Below, piece by piece: positions 12,994 through 23,974 of a stretch of DNA of 64,000 nt. Within the stretch, counting starts at the first letter, position 1, and every line of letters starts with the position of its first letter. The position numbers and the translations under genes are program-made. The stretch is taken from positions 34,170 to 98,169 of the forward strand of contig CAWFPC010000010.1 in NCBI GenBank assembly GCA_963817745.1, given 5' to 3'. Below the pieces are notes generated by a model. The model did no database searches, was not told the origin of the DNA, and saw nothing but the letters and a program-made list of their open reading frames with translations. Origin of the DNA: an uncultured Chloroflexia bacterium. GTDB taxonomy: Bacteria > Chloroflexota > Limnocylindria > Limnocylindrales > CSP1-4.

Positions 12994-13962
12994 TCAGGGG
13001 TTGTCGCCCTCGGCCTTCTCGGCCGCCTCGCGGGCGAGCTCGGCGGCGATCTCCTCGGGGGTCGCCTCCGCTTCCGCATCGGCGGCGACGGCAGCCTCGG
13101 CCCGGGCGACACGGTCGCCGGGCAGGAGGTCGTCGTCGTCGGTATCGGGCTCGAAGGTCAGCGCGGCACCGCCGGCGAGGGCGGCGACGAGCTCGTCGGA
13201 GGCGCCGGGCACCTCTTCCTCGGATTCGGGCATGGCCACGGGCTCGATGACCTCGGGCTCGGTGGCGGCGCGGGCGGCACGCTGCTGGGCGCCCTCGATC
13301 GCCGCGTCGGCGACCAGCGTGCAGAGCAGCCGGATGGCGCGGATCGCGTCGTCGTTGGCCGGGATGATGAAGTCGATCTCGTCGGGGTCGACGTTCGTGT
13401 CGCCCGTCCCGACGACCGGGATCTCGAGCTTGTTCGCCTCGGTCACCGCGATCCGCTCGCGATGCGGATCCACGATGAACACCGCGCCCGGCAGGCGCTT
13501 CATCTTGCGCATGCCGCCGACGGTGCCCTGGAGCTTGACCATCTCCTCGGTCAGCTTCGCGGCTTCCTTCTTGGTCATCCGCTCGAAGTCGCCGGCCTGC
13601 TGGCGCGCCTCGAGCTGCTCGAGCAGGCCGATGCGCTTCTTGATCGTGATGAAGTTCGTGAGCATGCCGCCGAGCCAGCGCTTCTGGACGTAGGGCATGT
13701 TCGCGCGGGTCGCCTCGGCGACGATGGGCTCCTGGGCCTGCTTCTTGGTGCCGACGAACAGCACCTGGTCGCCTCGCGCGACCGTCTCGCGGACGGCCTC
13801 GAGCGCGACGTCCAGACGCTGGACGGTCTGGGCCAGGTCGATGATGTGGATCCCGTTGCGCTCCGCGAAGATGAACGGGCGCATCTTGGGGTTCCAGCGG
13901 CGGGTCTGATGGCCGAAGTGGACTCCGGCCTCGAGCAGCTGCCGCATCGAAACGGACGGCAC
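12994..13962 (-). CDS. rpsB: 30S ribosomal protein S2 with acidic C-terminal extension
   Basis: [43 protein letters not shown]; AGGAGG RBS before the GTG. Confidence 0.98.
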   Translation of the reverse strand: MPSVSMRQLLEAGVHFGHQTRRWNPKMRPFIFAERNGIHIIDLAQTVQRLDVALEAVRETVARGDQVLFVGTKKQAQEPIVAEATRANMPYVQKRWLGGMLTNFITIKKRIGLLEQLEARQQAGDFERMTKKEAAKLTEEMVKLQGTVGGMRKMKRLPGAVFIVDPHRERIAVTEANKLEIPVVGTGDTNVDPDEIDFIIPANDDAIRAIRLLCTLVADAAIEGAQQRAARAATEPEVIEPVAMPESEEEVPGASDELVAALAGGAALTFEPDTDDDDLLPGDRVARAEAAVAADAEAEATPEEIAAELAREAAEKAEGDNP

Positions 13963-14170
13963 GGTGAGCGACCTCCTGTCGGTTGGTTCCTCCGCGGATC
14001 CCTGGTTCGACGGGGACCGGGCCGTCCATGCCGCGTCGGCGGCGAGTCGGCCTCGGCACCACCCCGGTCGGGACGGTCCGCGTGTGAGCTCCGCTCCGGG
14101 CCTTCCGGGCGGGCGGGCGTTGGTCTTGGTGGCACCGGATCGGGGTCCCGGACGGCGCGGAGTGTACCAC
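13963..14170 (-). promoter_or_regulatory. rpsB extended -10 promoter and about 190-nt 5' leader (probable S2 autoregulatory leader)
   Basis: GTGG-TACACT at 14161-14170 (minus); long GC-rich leader with several potential stems. Regulatory role inferred from known rpsB leaders. Confidence 0.6.
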
Positions 14171-14439
14171 AGGGTCGTCGCGAGCATCGGACGGCGCGGA
14201 CGGTCTTGCCCGGCGGCGATCGCGAGCTGCCTGGCCTCAGGGCCACCGCACGCCGCGTCGTCAGGGCGACGGCAGCCTCCGCAGTGTCGACGCCGGATCT
14301 GGACGCCGATCGCACGCCTCCGCGGCCTCGGCCTGCGCGCCGGGGTTCGCGCGCCCGCTGCTCGTGGTCGTCTGCGTCGCGCTCGGCGTCCATGCCGGCA
14401 CCGTGCACGCCCCGCCCGGCCTGGGATCGCCGGCGCTTC

Positions 14440-14859
14440 TCAGAACGCCGCGCGATGGTGGCGCAGCGCGGCTCCCCTCCCCGTTCGCCCGGCTCCGATG
14501 ACGACGAGGTCGAACCGGAGCGGCAGGTGCGGGATGGGACCGCCGTCGGGCATCGAGCCCCGGTCGAGCAGGCCGTACGCCGCCTGCGCGGACGCGGGTC
14601 CGCTTCCGATGATCGACCGTCTCCTCGGCCAGGCCGAAGTCGCGCGATCCCCGCCAGCGCACCTCGACGATCACCAGCGCGGCCGGCGGCCCGGGATCGA
14701 TCGCGACGAGGTCCAGCTCGTGTCGCCCGACATGGACGTTCCGACCGAGGATCGTCCAGCCGGCTGCCTCGAGCGATGCCGCGACGTCGGCCTCTCGGCG
14801 GCGTCACCGGCCCGCTGCGCGTCGGTCCGGCCGTGCGGTCGCGGTGGTTCGGACGACAT
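14440..14859 (-). CDS. yraN: YraN (UPF0102) family nuclease-like protein, frameshifted
   Basis: AQRAGDAAE, GWTILGRN, ELDLVA, IVEVRWR, LRFDLV across frames; follows rnhB. Confidence 0.88.
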
Positions 14860-14915
14860 CGCCCGATCATCGGGCGGCGCCCTCACCCGGCCGGTATCGG
14901 TGCCTGCACCCGGGC

Positions 14916-15689
14916 TTACCCGCCGACGTACTCCAGCGTGTCGAGGTCGGCCAGATCGAACGTCGCCTCGTCGGCCATGACCGGCACGAGCTCGCGCTCG
15001 AGCATCTCGTGCGTCGACGGCGAGGCCGCCGGGTCGGCCAGCAGGTCGAAATCGAGCTGGTCACCGGCGAGCGTCCGCTGGAGCGCGAGGAACGAGCGGC
15101 GATGGAACGGGGTCAGGCCCATCGCGCGGATGGCGTCGCGATGGTCGCGGGTGGCGTAGCCCTGGTTGTGCTCCCAGCCGTAGCCCGGGTAGCGAGCGGC
15201 GAGCTTGGTCATCATCCGGTCGCGCACGACCTTGGCGACCACCGACGCGCAGGCGATCGAGTACACCTTCGCGTCGCCGTCGACCACGTTCGTGTACGGG
15301 CCGACCTTCGCCTCGAACCCGACGATCCGGTTGCCGTCCACGATGACGTGGTCGTGGCCCCCGACACGCGCGATCGCCCGGCGCATCGCGAGGTGCGTCG
15401 CGTGGTAGATGTTGAGCTGGTCGATCTCCCGGACCGATGCCGCGCCGACCCCGATCGCGACAGCGCGCTTGCGGATGAGCGGCGCGAGGCGCTCGCGCTG
15501 GGCCATCGACAGCGTCTTCGAGTCGCGGACGCCGGGGATCCGGTGGCACCCGGGCTGCATGATCACGGCCGCCGCCACGACCGCGCCACACGTCGGTGCG
15601 ACACCGACCTCATCGACCCCGACGACGCGGGTCAGACCCTCGTTCCACAGGCGGCGCTCGTAGCGGAGGGTCGGGACGATGACGGTCAT
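14916..15689 (-). CDS. rnhB: Ribonuclease HII
   Basis: VVGVDEVG, VRDSKTLS, EIDQLNI, IVDGN, SIACASVVAKVVRD, HRRSF. Confidence 0.95.
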   Translation of the reverse strand: MTVIVPTLRYERRLWNEGLTRVVGVDEVGVAPTCGAVVAAAVIMQPGCHRIPGVRDSKTLSMAQRERLAPLIRKRAVAIGVGAASVREIDQLNIYHATHLAMRRAIARVGGHDHVIVDGNRIVGFEAKVGPYTNVVDGDAKVYSIACASVVAKVVRDRMMTKLAARYPGYGWEHNQGYATRDHRDAIRAMGLTPFHRRSFLALQRTLAGDQLDFDLLADPAASPSTHEMLERELVPVMADEATFDLADLDTLEYVGG

Positions 15690-15761
15690 CGATGCACAGG
15701 GTAGCCCGGAATCGAACGACCCCGCCGGACGGGCGGGGTCGACGGTCGCGCGACGCGGCGG

Positions 15762-16112
15762 TCAGCTGTTGGTGCGGCGCTCGCGCAGGGTCGCGGCCTT
15801 GCCGACCCGCTTGCGCAGGAAGTACAGCTGGGCGCGACGGACCTGGCCGTGGCGAAGGACCTCGATCTTCTCGATCCGCGGGCTGTGGATCTTGAAGGTC
15901 CGCTCGACGCCGACACCCGACGCGATGCGGCGGACGGTGATCGACCGGGTGATGCCACCGCCACGCAGGCGCATGACGGTTCCCTCGAACACCTGGATGC
16001 GCTCGCGGTTGCCCTCGACGACCTTGGCGGAGACCTTCACGGTGTCACCCGTGGCGAGCTCCGGCAGGTCGGTGCGGAGCTGGTCCTGGACGATCTCGTC
16101 GAGCACGTTCAC
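15762..16112 (-). CDS. rplS: 50S ribosomal protein L19
   Basis: [43 protein letters not shown]. Confidence 0.98.
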   Translation of the reverse strand: MNVLDEIVQDQLRTDLPELATGDTVKVSAKVVEGNRERIQVFEGTVMRLRGGGITRSITVRRIASGVGVERTFKIHSPRIEKIEVLRHGQVRRAQLYFLRKRVGKAATLRERRTNS

Positions 16113-16194
16113 GCGGCGGTTCCTTGGTCTGGTGGGCAGCCGAAGCTGCGGGTTGGGCGTTCGGAGAAGGTCGCGAACAGGCGACCGGTGCGGG

Positions 16195-16203
16195 AGTATA
16201 GCA
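16195..16203 (-). promoter_or_regulatory. Extended -10 element upstream of rplS
   Basis: TGC-TATACT on the minus strand, about 80 nt upstream of the rplS start. Confidence 0.6.
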
Positions 16204-16239
16204 CGAGGTCCCGTTCGGAACGGGTCGGTCGGTCCGTCG

Positions 16240-17256
16240 TCAGCTCGTCCCGGCGACCGCGATGCGGACCGCCTCCGCGGGATCCATCGCCTGTCCGCGG
16301 GTGCGCGCGCGCTCGAACGCCTCCGATCCCATGGACTCGGGCAGGCTCGCCAGCATCCGCTCGTAATGCGGCCGTTCGTCGGGCGGCCAGGCCATGTGCT
16401 GGGCCTCCATGATCGCCTCGGCTGCCCCGACGAGGGTCGCGGCGCGATCGAACTCGCCACGCTCCGTGGCGATCGCCGCGAGCCCGGCGATGGCGAATGG
16501 CTTCGTGAACTCGTCGCCGATGCGCCCACCGATCTCCAGGGTCTCGCGGGCCAGCGCCTCAGCGGTATCGAGATTCCCGAGCTGACGCTCGACCATGCTG
16601 AGGTTGCACGCCTCCGAGGCGACCAGGAACTCGTTCCCCATCGACCGCACGAGCGTGAGCCGCTGGGTCATCCAGTCGCGGGCCTCGACAAGGTCGCCCG
16701 CGATCTGGGCACCGACACCGAGCAGGTGCAGGGCATTCGACCGGCCCGGTTCGTCACCGGCGGCATCGCTGACCGTCAGCGCCTCCGTGGCAAGCCGCCG
16801 GCCTTCCGCCACGTCGGTCCGAAGCGCCACGCGGGACAGCCCGCCGAGGGCCTGGGAGACCAGACTGGGGTCGTCCAGCTGGCGGGCGATCTCGAGGGCC
16901 TGGCCGAACTGCGCGGCCGCCTGCTCGTCGTCGCCCATCCAGAACGACATGAAGCCAGCGTACAGGTGTGCCTTCCCGCGAAGCCCGGCATCGCCGTCGG
17001 GTGACGCCAGCACGCGGGCGAACCAGGTGGCGCCTTCCTCGAACCGCTGCTTCGTGAGCCAGAATCGATAGAGCGCGTTCGCGAGGCGAAGGGCCTCGTC
17101 GGTCCGCCCCGCATCGAGGAACCAGTCGATCGCCGCGAGCAGCTCCGGCAGCTGTGCCTCGAGCCGATCGAGGACAGCCTTGGCGTCCGGACCGGTCATG
17201 CCGGCGGAGGCCTCCTCCGCGACGTCCAGCAGCGATCGCGCGGTGCGCGGATCCAT
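16240..17256 (-). CDS. Stand-alone tetratricopeptide-repeat protein
   Basis: Repeated helical units ([57 protein letters not shown]) resembling the C-terminal sensor region of STAND/AfsR-type regulators. Confidence 0.8.
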   Translation of the reverse strand: MDPRTARSLLDVAEEASAGMTGPDAKAVLDRLEAQLPELLAAIDWFLDAGRTDEALRLANALYRFWLTKQRFEEGATWFARVLASPDGDAGLRGKAHLYAGFMSFWMGDDEQAAAQFGQALEIARQLDDPSLVSQALGGLSRVALRTDVAEGRRLATEALTVSDAAGDEPGRSNALHLLGVGAQIAGDLVEARDWMTQRLTLVRSMGNEFLVASEACNLSMVERQLGNLDTAEALARETLEIGGRIGDEFTKPFAIAGLAAIATERGEFDRAATLVGAAEAIMEAQHMAWPPDERPHYERMLASLPESMGSEAFERARTRGQAMDPAEAVRIAVAGTS

Positions 17257-17260
17257 CGCG

Positions 17261-17944
17261 TCAGCTCCCATCGTCGGGCGGCAGCAGGTCCGGACGGCGC
17301 TCGCGGGTCCTGGCCCGTGCCTGCTCGGCTCGCCAACGGGCCACGGCGCCATGGTCACCCGAGGTCAGGATCGCGGGCACGTCCATGCCCCGGAACGACG
17401 GCGGACGCGTGTACTGCGGGTACTCGAGGCCGCTGGCCGTGAACGACTCCTCGGTGGTCGAGGCGTCGTCGATCGCTCCCGGCAGCAGCCGGATCACGGC
17501 ATCGATGACCACGAGCGCCGGCAGCTCCCCGCCGGTCACGACGTAGTCCCCGATCGACAGCTCCAGGTCGACGAAGGCCCGGATGCGCTCATCGACGCCT
17601 TCATAGCGCGGGCAGACGAACACCAGGTGCGAGCGGGTCGACAGGTCGGCGGCCCGATCGTGGCGGAAGACCTCGCCACCGGGATCGAGCAGGATCACGG
17701 TCGAGTCGGGCCGCCGAACCGCCTCGATGGCCGCGACGACCGGCTCGACACGCATCACCATGCCCGCCCCGCCACCGTACGGCGTGTCGTCGACCGACCG
17801 GTGACGACCGAGCCCGAACTCGCGCAGGTCGTGCACGCGGACCGTGGCAAGTCCCCGTTCCTGGATCCGTCCGGGGATGCTCTCGGCCAGCGGTCCGGCG
17901 ACCATGCCCGGGAACAGCGTGAGGATGTCGATCTCGAGGGTCAT
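17261..17944 (-). CDS. trmD: tRNA (guanine37-N1)-methyltransferase
   Basis: [52 protein letters not shown]. Confidence 0.98.
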   Translation of the reverse strand: MTLEIDILTLFPGMVAGPLAESIPGRIQERGLATVRVHDLREFGLGRHRSVDDTPYGGGAGMVMRVEPVVAAIEAVRRPDSTVILLDPGGEVFRHDRAADLSTRSHLVFVCPRYEGVDERIRAFVDLELSIGDYVVTGGELPALVVIDAVIRLLPGAIDDASTTEESFTASGLEYPQYTRPPSFRGMDVPAILTSGDHGAVARWRAEQARARTRERRPDLLPPDDGS

Positions 17945-18649
17945 GCCGGTGGCTCGTCGGCGGTCGGCGGCGAGGCGTCGGGCGCCGCACCTTCCGGTTC
18001 GTCGGGCGCGACTTCGGGCGCCCCCTCCAAGGCCGTGCCGTCCACGCGCTTCGGTCGTCGCGACGTGCGACGCGGCGCCCGCGGGCGGTCCTCGCCGGGC
18101 GGGCGCGTCTTCGGGGGCTGGAGGTCCAGCGCCTCCGCGTCGACCACGATCTCCCCGCGGCGCGGCGCGAAGATGCGGATGAAGGCACGGACCGCGGGCA
18201 GATCGAACGAGCCGTACGGCCCGCCGCCAACGACGAATACCTCGTTCTCGGCCGACCCGGTAGATGTCCTGGACCGTCCCGAGCTCCGTGCCGTCCACGC
18301 CACGGACGGCGGTGCCGACGACCTCGTGCCAGTAGACCTCGCCGCGGGCGAGGTCGGCGTCGGGCACGACCGCGGTCTCGAGGTAGGTGCCGCGCAGGGT
18401 GTCGGCCACCTCGCGCGTGGTCACCTCGCGGAACCGGATGCGCCAGCCGGGTCCATCCGCCACGGCCTCCGCGGAGGCGATGGTCAACGGGTCGTCGGCG
18501 CCTTCGCGATGGAGCACGGCGCCCGGCACGAACCGGGCCTCCGGCCGGTCGGTCAGGACCTCGACCCGGACGGCACCCCGAAGCCCGTGGACCCCTCGGA
18601 CGAGGGCGACCACGAGCCGCTGGGTCGCGCTGGGGGCGCCCTCGCTCAG
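17941..18649 (-). CDS. rimM: 16S rRNA processing protein RimM, frameshifted; start uncertain (CTG 18649 or GTG 18613)
   Basis: [39 protein letters not shown]; rpsP-khpA-rimM-trmD synteny. Confidence 0.92.
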
Positions 18650-18879
18650 AGGATCTCGAGCTGGACCGGCTCGCCGTCGCGAGCGGCCGTGACCTTGAGG
18701 AGCGTGCGCAGCGCCTTCGCGACGCTGCCGTTGCGCCCGATCACCTTGCCCATGTCGTCCTCGGCGACATGCAGCTCGATGACGGTCGCGCCGTCCTCCA
18801 CGACGACCTCGACCTTGACGGCGTCGGGATCGTCGACGAGCGACTTGGCGACGTATTCGACCAGTTCCTTGGCTGCCAT
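18646..18879 (-). CDS. khpA: KH-domain RNA-binding protein KhpA
   Basis: [18 protein letters not shown]...[18 protein letters not shown]. Confidence 0.95.
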   Translation of the reverse strand: MAAKELVEYVAKSLVDDPDAVKVEVVVEDGATVIELHVAEDDMGKVIGRNGSVAKALRTLLKVTAARDGEPVQLEIL

Positions 18880-18890
18880 CGTCTGGGCTC

Positions 18891-19145
18891 CTACTTGCCG
18901 GCTGGGATGATGCCGGCCTGCTTGAACAGGCGGACGACGGTATCGGACGGCTGGGCGCCCTTGGCGAGCCAGGCCTTCGCCTTGTCGGCGTCGACCTCGA
19001 ACGTCACGGGGTCCGTGCGCGGGTTGTAGTGGCCGAGCGTCTCGATGGAGCGCCCGTCGCGGGCGCTGCGGCCGTCGGCGACGACGACCCGGTAGGTCGG
19101 CTGTTTGGTCGCGCCGACGCGCGTCAGCCGGATGCGGACTGCCAT
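18891..19145 (-). CDS. rpsP: 30S ribosomal protein S16
   Basis: [42 protein letters not shown]. Confidence 0.98.
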   Translation of the reverse strand: MAVRIRLTRVGATKQPTYRVVVADGRSARDGRSIETLGHYNPRTDPVTFEVDADKAKAWLAKGAQPSDTVVRLFKQAGIIPAGK

Positions 19146-19200
19146 GTGTGCTGTGTCTCCTCCTGTGGGCTCATGAACGGTCGGGGTTGGGCGCCCCGAC

Positions 19201-21098
19201 TCACTTGACGGTGATGATCGCGTGCTGCTCGGAGAGGTCCGACCCGGTGGTCGTGGCCGCGACGAACGCATCGAATGGGGTGAGGAACGGCTTGATCGAC
19301 TCCTCGTACTCGGCCCGATCCTCGGCGCTGGCCATCGGCAGCAGGCCCTCGATCATGCCACGCACCGCGGCCACGTCGAGGAACGAGACGCCGGTGTGCT
19401 CGGCGCCGACGCGGGCGACGAGATCGCGATAGCGCGCCGTGTCGGCGAGCGATTCGCCGGCACCGGCATCGAGGACGTGCTTGACGAAGTCCGGGCCGCT
19501 GCCGATGACGACGACGCCATCGGTCGCGGCATACGCGATCTCGAGGTTGCCGTCCGGGATGCCCGCGGCCGCTTCCGGCGGGACCGGAACGCCACCAAGG
19601 GCTCCGGCCATCCCGACGAGGTCGCCGATCGACCCGAGGTCGATGACCGTGATCGTCGCGCCGTTGTAGGTCTCGTCCGTGATGGTGATCCCCTGGCCTC
19701 CGCCGAGGGCGACGAGGTTTCGCAGGCTCGTGAACAGCTGCGTGGCATCCTGCGGGTCGGTCGGGATCGCGACGATCCCGCCCTCGACGGAGTCGCCCGA
19801 CGGGGCGATCACGACACCGGCGTCACCGATCCAGTCGGTGGCCGCGTCGAGCCCGCCGAGCAGCCCGGCTGCCTGGTCGACGCCCTCGAGGACCTCGCCC
19901 ATCGCGGGTTCAGCGCGATAGAGCGCGACCGTTTCCTGGAGCGTGGCGCCAACGTCGTTCGCGGCGGCGAGAGCGATCGTGGAGGCGGGCGCCCACGCGG
20001 CCACCGTGTTCGCTCGATTCGTGTCCGGGCCGGGGGCGGAGGCGACTGTCGGGCTTGCGCCGTCCATGACGACCGCATCCCCTTCGATGCGGAGGCGGAA
20101 CGACGCCCAATCCGGGATGAGCTCGAGCATGGCCTCGCTCACCGGCGGCGCGGACGCGATCGATTCGGTCATCGCGAGGCTGCTCTCCATGAGCGACTTC
20201 ACGTCGACGTAGACGAACCCGATGTGGTCGCCGTCCTCGGCTGCGAGGGACGCCTCGAACGCAGGGTCGGAGGCCAGGCCGCTGTTGCCGTTCGTGTCGA
20301 CCGCGGCCTTGACCGAGGCCACGTCGCCCGCGACCGCGACCTTGCCATCGACGATCGCGAAGGCGGCCTGCAGGTCGAGCACCTTGGCGTCGCGAGAACA
20401 CGGTGAGCTGTGTGCCGTTGTAGTCCTCGGTCGTGCGCGGTCACGCCCGACGTCGTGAAGATCTCGTTGAACCAGGCCTGGGCCAGCGCCGGGTCCTTGA
20501 TCGACAGGAGCGCGAGACCGCGGGAGTCGGCTGCCGGCCGTGGCCGGATCGGCCGTGTCGGGCAGCGCGCCCATCGCGAATGCCAGCTCGCCGTCGAACC
20601 ACGGCTTGATGTCGGCGGTGAAGGTCTGCGTGCCGTCGGATGCCTCGGCCACGAGCCGATCGAGCACCTCGTCGAGCTTGGTGTCGAGGGCGGCCTGGTC
20701 GGCGAAGCCCGGGAACTTGGACAGGAACTCGCCGATCTCGCGCTTCTGGTCGCCCGGCAGGTCGAGGCGGACCTCGCCGTACATGGTGCTGTCGGCCGGC
20801 ACGTAGCCGGTGACGACCGCGGTGCTCGAGGCACCGGTCAGGGCGAGGGCGACGGCCACGGACGCCAGCAGGACGAGGACGACGACGCCGACCGCGCCGA
20901 ACCAGCGAAGGCGGCTCCCGCCGGCCCGTGCCGGTGGGGTCGTCCCGCTGAACGCGGCGCCGCCCGCGGGTGCGGCCTGACCCGGCGCCCGGCTGGAGGG
21001 GCGTGGTGGTGGCGGGGACCGGCGTGACGGTGGTATCGCTGCCGGCGTCGGGTGGCGACCCGGCCTCGTGGCTGGTCGTTGCGCGGGTCGAGGGTCAT
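19201..21098 (-). CDS. Membrane-anchored DUF3352-like exported protein, frameshifted
   Basis: Pro-rich N-terminus, basic residues plus a TM segment, then [33 protein letters not shown] repeats typical of DUF3352-like proteins. Confidence 0.65.
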
Positions 21099-21114
21099 CG
21101 GTCTCCTTCGGCGC

Positions 21115-22446
21115 TCAGCGCCGGCCAACAAGGCTGCCGAGCGCGCCGCGTCGGCCGCCTCCGGCAAGCTGCTTCATGAGTTTCTGCATCTCGGCGAATT
21201 GCTTCACCAGGCGGTTGACGTCGGGAAGGGTGGTGCCGCTGCCGGCCGCGATGCGACGACGGCGGGATCCGTTGAGGACGTGTGGGTCGCGGCGCTCGGC
21301 GGGCGTCATCGCCCGGATGATCGCCTCGGTGCGCTTGAGGTCGCCGCGATCGACCGCGGCCTGCGCCTCGCCGGCCATGTTGCCCATGCCCGGGATCATG
21401 CCCATCAGCTGGCCGATGGGGCCCATCTTCTGGACCTGCTGGAGCTGCTCGAGCATGTCCTCGAGGGTGAAGCTGGCCTTGCGCAGCTTCTCCTCCATCT
21501 GCTCGGCCTGCTTCGCGTCGAAGGTCTCCTGGGCCCGTTCGACGAGGGTCAGGATGTCGCCCATCCCCAGGATCCGGCCGGCGAGGCGATCGGGGTGGAA
21601 CACCTCGAGCGCGTCCGTCTTCTCGCCGGTGCCCAGGAACTTGACCGGGATGCCGGTGACCGCGGAGATCGACAGAGCAGCACCACCGCGGGCGTCGCCA
21701 TCGATCTTGGTCAGCACGAGGCCCGTCACCGGGACCGCCGCCGCGAACGCCTGGGCGACGGCGACCGCCTCCTGGCCGGTCATGGCATCGACCACCAGCA
21801 ACGTCTCGATGGGCTTGACCGCCGCGTTGACGGCCCCGATCTCGGCCATGAGCGCCTCGTCGACGCTCAGGCGACCGGCCGTATCGAGGATCACGACATC
21901 GCGGACCTGCCGCTTGGCGGCCTCGACGCCCTGCCGGGCGATGTCGGGGACGGACGTGCCGGGAGCCGCCCGGTAGACGGGGATGTCGAGGCTCCGCCCG
22001 AGCGTCTCGAGCTGGTCCGCCGCGGCCGGGCGGTACGGGTCGGCGGCGACGAGGATCGGACGGCGTCCCTGCTTGACGATGTGCCGGGCGAGCTTCGCCG
22101 TGCTCGTGGTCTTGCCCGAGCCCTGCAGGCCGACCATCGCCACGACCGCCGGGTTGCCACTCAGGTGGAACGTCCGGTCGCCGGCACCGAGGAGGTCGAC
22201 GAGCTCGTCGTGGACGATCTTCACGACCTGCTGGCCGGCAGTGAGGCTCGAGAGGACGTCGGCGCCGATGGCCTTCTCGCGCACGCGGGCGACGAAGTCC
22301 TTGACGACCTTGAAGTTGACGTCGGCTTCCAGCAGGGCGAGCCGCACCTCGCGCATGGCGGCATCGACGTCGGCCTCGCTGATCCGGCCGCGGCCGGTCA
22401 GGTTGCCGAGGGTCGCTCGCAGGCGATCGCTGAGGGTATCGAACAC
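21115..22446 (-). CDS. ffh: Signal recognition particle protein Ffh
   Basis: VRLALLEADVN, GLQGSGKTT, DTAGR, TKIDGDARGGAA, RILGMGD, SRRRRIAAGSG. Confidence 0.98.
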   Translation of the reverse strand: MFDTLSDRLRATLGNLTGRGRISEADVDAAMREVRLALLEADVNFKVVKDFVARVREKAIGADVLSSLTAGQQVVKIVHDELVDLLGAGDRTFHLSGNPAVVAMVGLQGSGKTTSTAKLARHIVKQGRRPILVAADPYRPAAADQLETLGRSLDIPVYRAAPGTSVPDIARQGVEAAKRQVRDVVILDTAGRLSVDEALMAEIGAVNAAVKPIETLLVVDAMTGQEAVAVAQAFAAAVPVTGLVLTKIDGDARGGAALSISAVTGIPVKFLGTGEKTDALEVFHPDRLAGRILGMGDILTLVERAQETFDAKQAEQMEEKLRKASFTLEDMLEQLQQVQKMGPIGQLMGMIPGMGNMAGEAQAAVDRGDLKRTEAIIRAMTPAERRDPHVLNGSRRRRIAAGSGTTLPDVNRLVKQFAEMQKLMKQLAGGGRRGALGSLVGRR

Positions 22447-22560
22447 GGTCCGGTCAGGACTCCTGTGGTGAAGGGGCCGGGCGGCGCTGGCACGCGCGAC
22501 GAGCGAGCGGACCGGGCGACCCGGGCGGGGTGCGCGAGTTCTGACGCACCGAGCGGCCGA

Positions 22561-22623
22561 AGTGTAGCGCAGGGTCCGCGGTCACGCCGCCGAGCGAATC
22601 GCGCCGGTGGGTCGATGTAGGCT
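22561..22623. promoter_or_regulatory. Divergent -10 elements for ffh (minus) and the MFS gene (plus)
   Basis: TACACT on minus at 22561-22566; TAGGCT on plus at 22618-22623, 8 nt before the GTG at 22632. Confidence 0.5.
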
Positions 22624-22631
22624 GCGCCTTC

Positions 22632-23943
22632 GTGCGCAACCCCTTCGGATCCCCGCTCTGGCAGAACGCCGCGTTCGTGCGGGTATGGACGGCGGCGTCG
22701 ATCTCGATCTTCGGGTCGCTCATCACCCGGATCGCGCTGCCGCTCGTCGCGATCCTGACCCTCGGGGCCGGACCCATCGAGGTCGCGGTGCTGCGCAGCA
22801 TGGACCTTGCCACCGCGCTGGTCGTGGGGCTCGTCGCGGGCGCCTGGGTGGACCGTCTGCGACGGCGGCCGGTCCTCATCTGGGCCGACCTCGGACGTGC
22901 CGCGCTGCTCGCCTCGATCCCGATCTCGTTCGTGCTCGGGACGCTGGCCCTGTGGCAGCTGCTCGTGGTCGCGGCCGCGACCGCGGTGCTCACCACGTTC
23001 TTCGACGCGGCCGACAACGCGTACCTCCCGACGATCGTCGAACGCGAGCGCCTGGTCGAGGCCAACAGCGCCCTCGCCGCCAGCGGCTCCGTCGCGGAGT
23101 TCGCGGGCTTCGGGATCAGCGGCATCCTCGTCCAGTTGCTCTCGGGACCCATCACGATCCTCATCAACTCGGTGACCTACCTCGTGTCGGCCGTGCTCCT
23201 GCTGACGGTCCGGCAGCCGGAGGCGCCGCCGCCGCTCAAGGAGGACCGCGAGCCCGTCCTCGACGAGATCCGCCACGGCCTGCGGCTCGTCCGCAACGAC
23301 CCGGTCCTGCGGGCGTTCGCCGGTGCGCAGATGCTCCTCTCGGCCCTGTGGGGCATCTTCGGGGCGACCTGGTTCCTGTTCGCGCTCGACGAGCTCGGGC
23401 GTCACCCCGGCGCTCGTCGGCGTGATCGCCGGGGTCGGTGGGGCGTCGTCGTTCATCGGCGCCGTCGTCGCGACCCGTTCGACGCGGCGCTGGGGCGTCG
23501 GTCCGGTGGCCATCGCGGCGATGCTGCTGGCGGCCCTCGGGAACCTGTTCATCCCGCTGGCGCCGGCCGGGCTCCCGTTCATCGCGGTGGCCTGCCTCGT
23601 CGCGCAGCAGCTCATCGCCGACTCGGCGATGACGGTCTACGACGTGACCGAGGTCTCGGTGCGCCAGACCCTCGTCGCCGACCGTGAGCTCGGGCGGGTC
23701 ACCTCCACCTTCTTCGTCGCCTCCGCCGCCGCGCAGCTGACCGCGACGATCGCCGCCGGGCTGCTGGCCGAGGTCATCGGCCTGCGCGCGGTGTCGTTCC
23801 TCGCGCCGCTCGGCGGCGTCCTGGCGGCCGCCGTCCTGTACTGGTCGCCGGTGCGGACCCTGCGCGAGCTCCCGTCGATGGACGACCGGTCGCCGGCGGA
23901 GGTCGCGCTCGAGGTCGAGCGGGATCAGCCGGTCGGCGCCTGA
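22632..23943 (+). CDS. MFS transporter (DHA3/MFS_3-like), one frameshift near 23400
   Basis: About 12 TM; [22 protein letters not shown] (MFS motif A), [22 protein letters not shown]. Confidence 0.9.
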
Positions 23944-23974
23944 GGGAGCGTCCGGGGCCGCGCGTCACTGCCCG

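Noticed and set aside
22447-22560. ffh leader as an SRP-RNA mimic
   Set aside because: It can form a hairpin, but I could not find the helix-8 GGAA tetraloop and internal-loop motif.
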